A stretch of 63,664 bases of DNA, the filler included, from Dugesia japonica (taxonomy: Eukaryota): assembly GCA_001938525.1 (NCBI GenBank). It is 6 parts of 6 records of this genome, joined end to end, with 100 filler letters (N's around TTAATTAATTAA, not from the genome) between each part and the next. Parts side by side here need not be neighbours in the genome. Positions count along the whole stretch, not along the records: positions 55,409 to 63,664 come from MQRL01623462.1; 5 more parts are not named here. One strand, 5' to 3'. A program made the translations under genes and the position numbers. A model generated the notes under the pieces. The model did no database searches, was not told where the DNA came from, and worked only from the letters and a program-made list of their open reading frames with translations. Shown piece after piece: positions 62,891-63,664 of this stretch. Position 1 is the first letter of the stretch, and each line of letters opens with the position of its first letter.

Positions 62891-63664
62891 AATTTGAAAA
62901 ATCTAGTACTTTGTAAATTTACTCTAAAGCTCCTTCGACTTTTATACATTGTGAGCATATGTTCCAATTGTTAACAACTTTAACCATCAACTTGAACGAA
63001 TTTTTTCAAATTGTCATTCAAAAATTTATTTCCTACAATGATTGATCATATTCATTGCTTCAGCAAAATCTTATTTTATTCTTTATTAAAATATTAGCAT
63101 TTTGGTACGCAATGGATTTATAATTGAGATTTATTGGATATTTCTAATAAAAATTTAGAAAAATTAAATCATTATGTATATTNNNNNNNNNNNNNNNNNN
63201 NNNNNNNNGTAAAATTTTTTCCTTATTTTATAATGATCTAACTAGATTTTCAATAATCAGAAATTTTGTTGAACTGAAATATAAACTTGTTTAACAAGTT
63301 AATAGAAAACGATTTTCAGTTTTTGACAAACATTATTACGAAGAAATTTATTATTATGGACAACTCACTAATGATGTTTACTTATTTTTTATTGTGGAAT
63401 TAATTATATAAAATTCAAATTTTAATAATCAGATTCCCTATTTTAATAATCCATAAATTCAGTAAAATTGTGTACTCGAAAGATTATTTTATACTAAATA
63501 TCCGCTATGATAGTGTTTCTCAAAAGGTTGTCCCCAAGAAAATTTGAGAGGTCTGCGAAATATACTAAATAATTATTATGCTTAACAAATTTATTAACTA
63601 AGCATTTAATAACTTTTTTATTTAATTCAAATTAATGTTATTTTTGATTTTATTACATTATATT

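Overview
This is AT-rich eukaryotic (animal) DNA with very short introns (44-59 nt). That is compatible with a flatworm/planarian-like genome, but the species cannot be determined from the sequence. The window is not one locus: it is six unlinked contigs joined by five artificial 100-bp spacers (N44-TTAATTAATTAA-N44). Host genes are few: an intronless SPF30/SMNDC1-like Tudor gene, a 2-exon S1 serine protease, the 3' end of a kringle gene, one orphan exon, and decayed BTB and ankyrin pseudogenes. Most of the rest is nested transposon debris: Ty3/Gypsy, hAT, Tc1/mariner/pogo, Penelope with hammerhead motifs, RLE non-LTR, a Polinton/adintovirus virion-gene remnant, and MITEs. The standout is a pair of diverged, homologous 4.3-kb and 3.3-kb elements on different contigs (26009-30322 and 36751-40093). 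Both have TGTTGGG...CCCAACA-type ends and 4-bp TSDs, so they look like giant solo LTRs. Each carries a conserved CCAAT/TATA promoter and an ATG-free leader exon ending in A|GT. Downstream lie 4-5 small conserved ORFs, nearly all behind their own splice acceptor. Two of these have no ATG and begin ag|TG, so splicing to the leader would build the start codon. Each element ends in a covarying structured 3' region. Together this looks like an LTR-encoded, alternatively spliced accessory-gene cassette.
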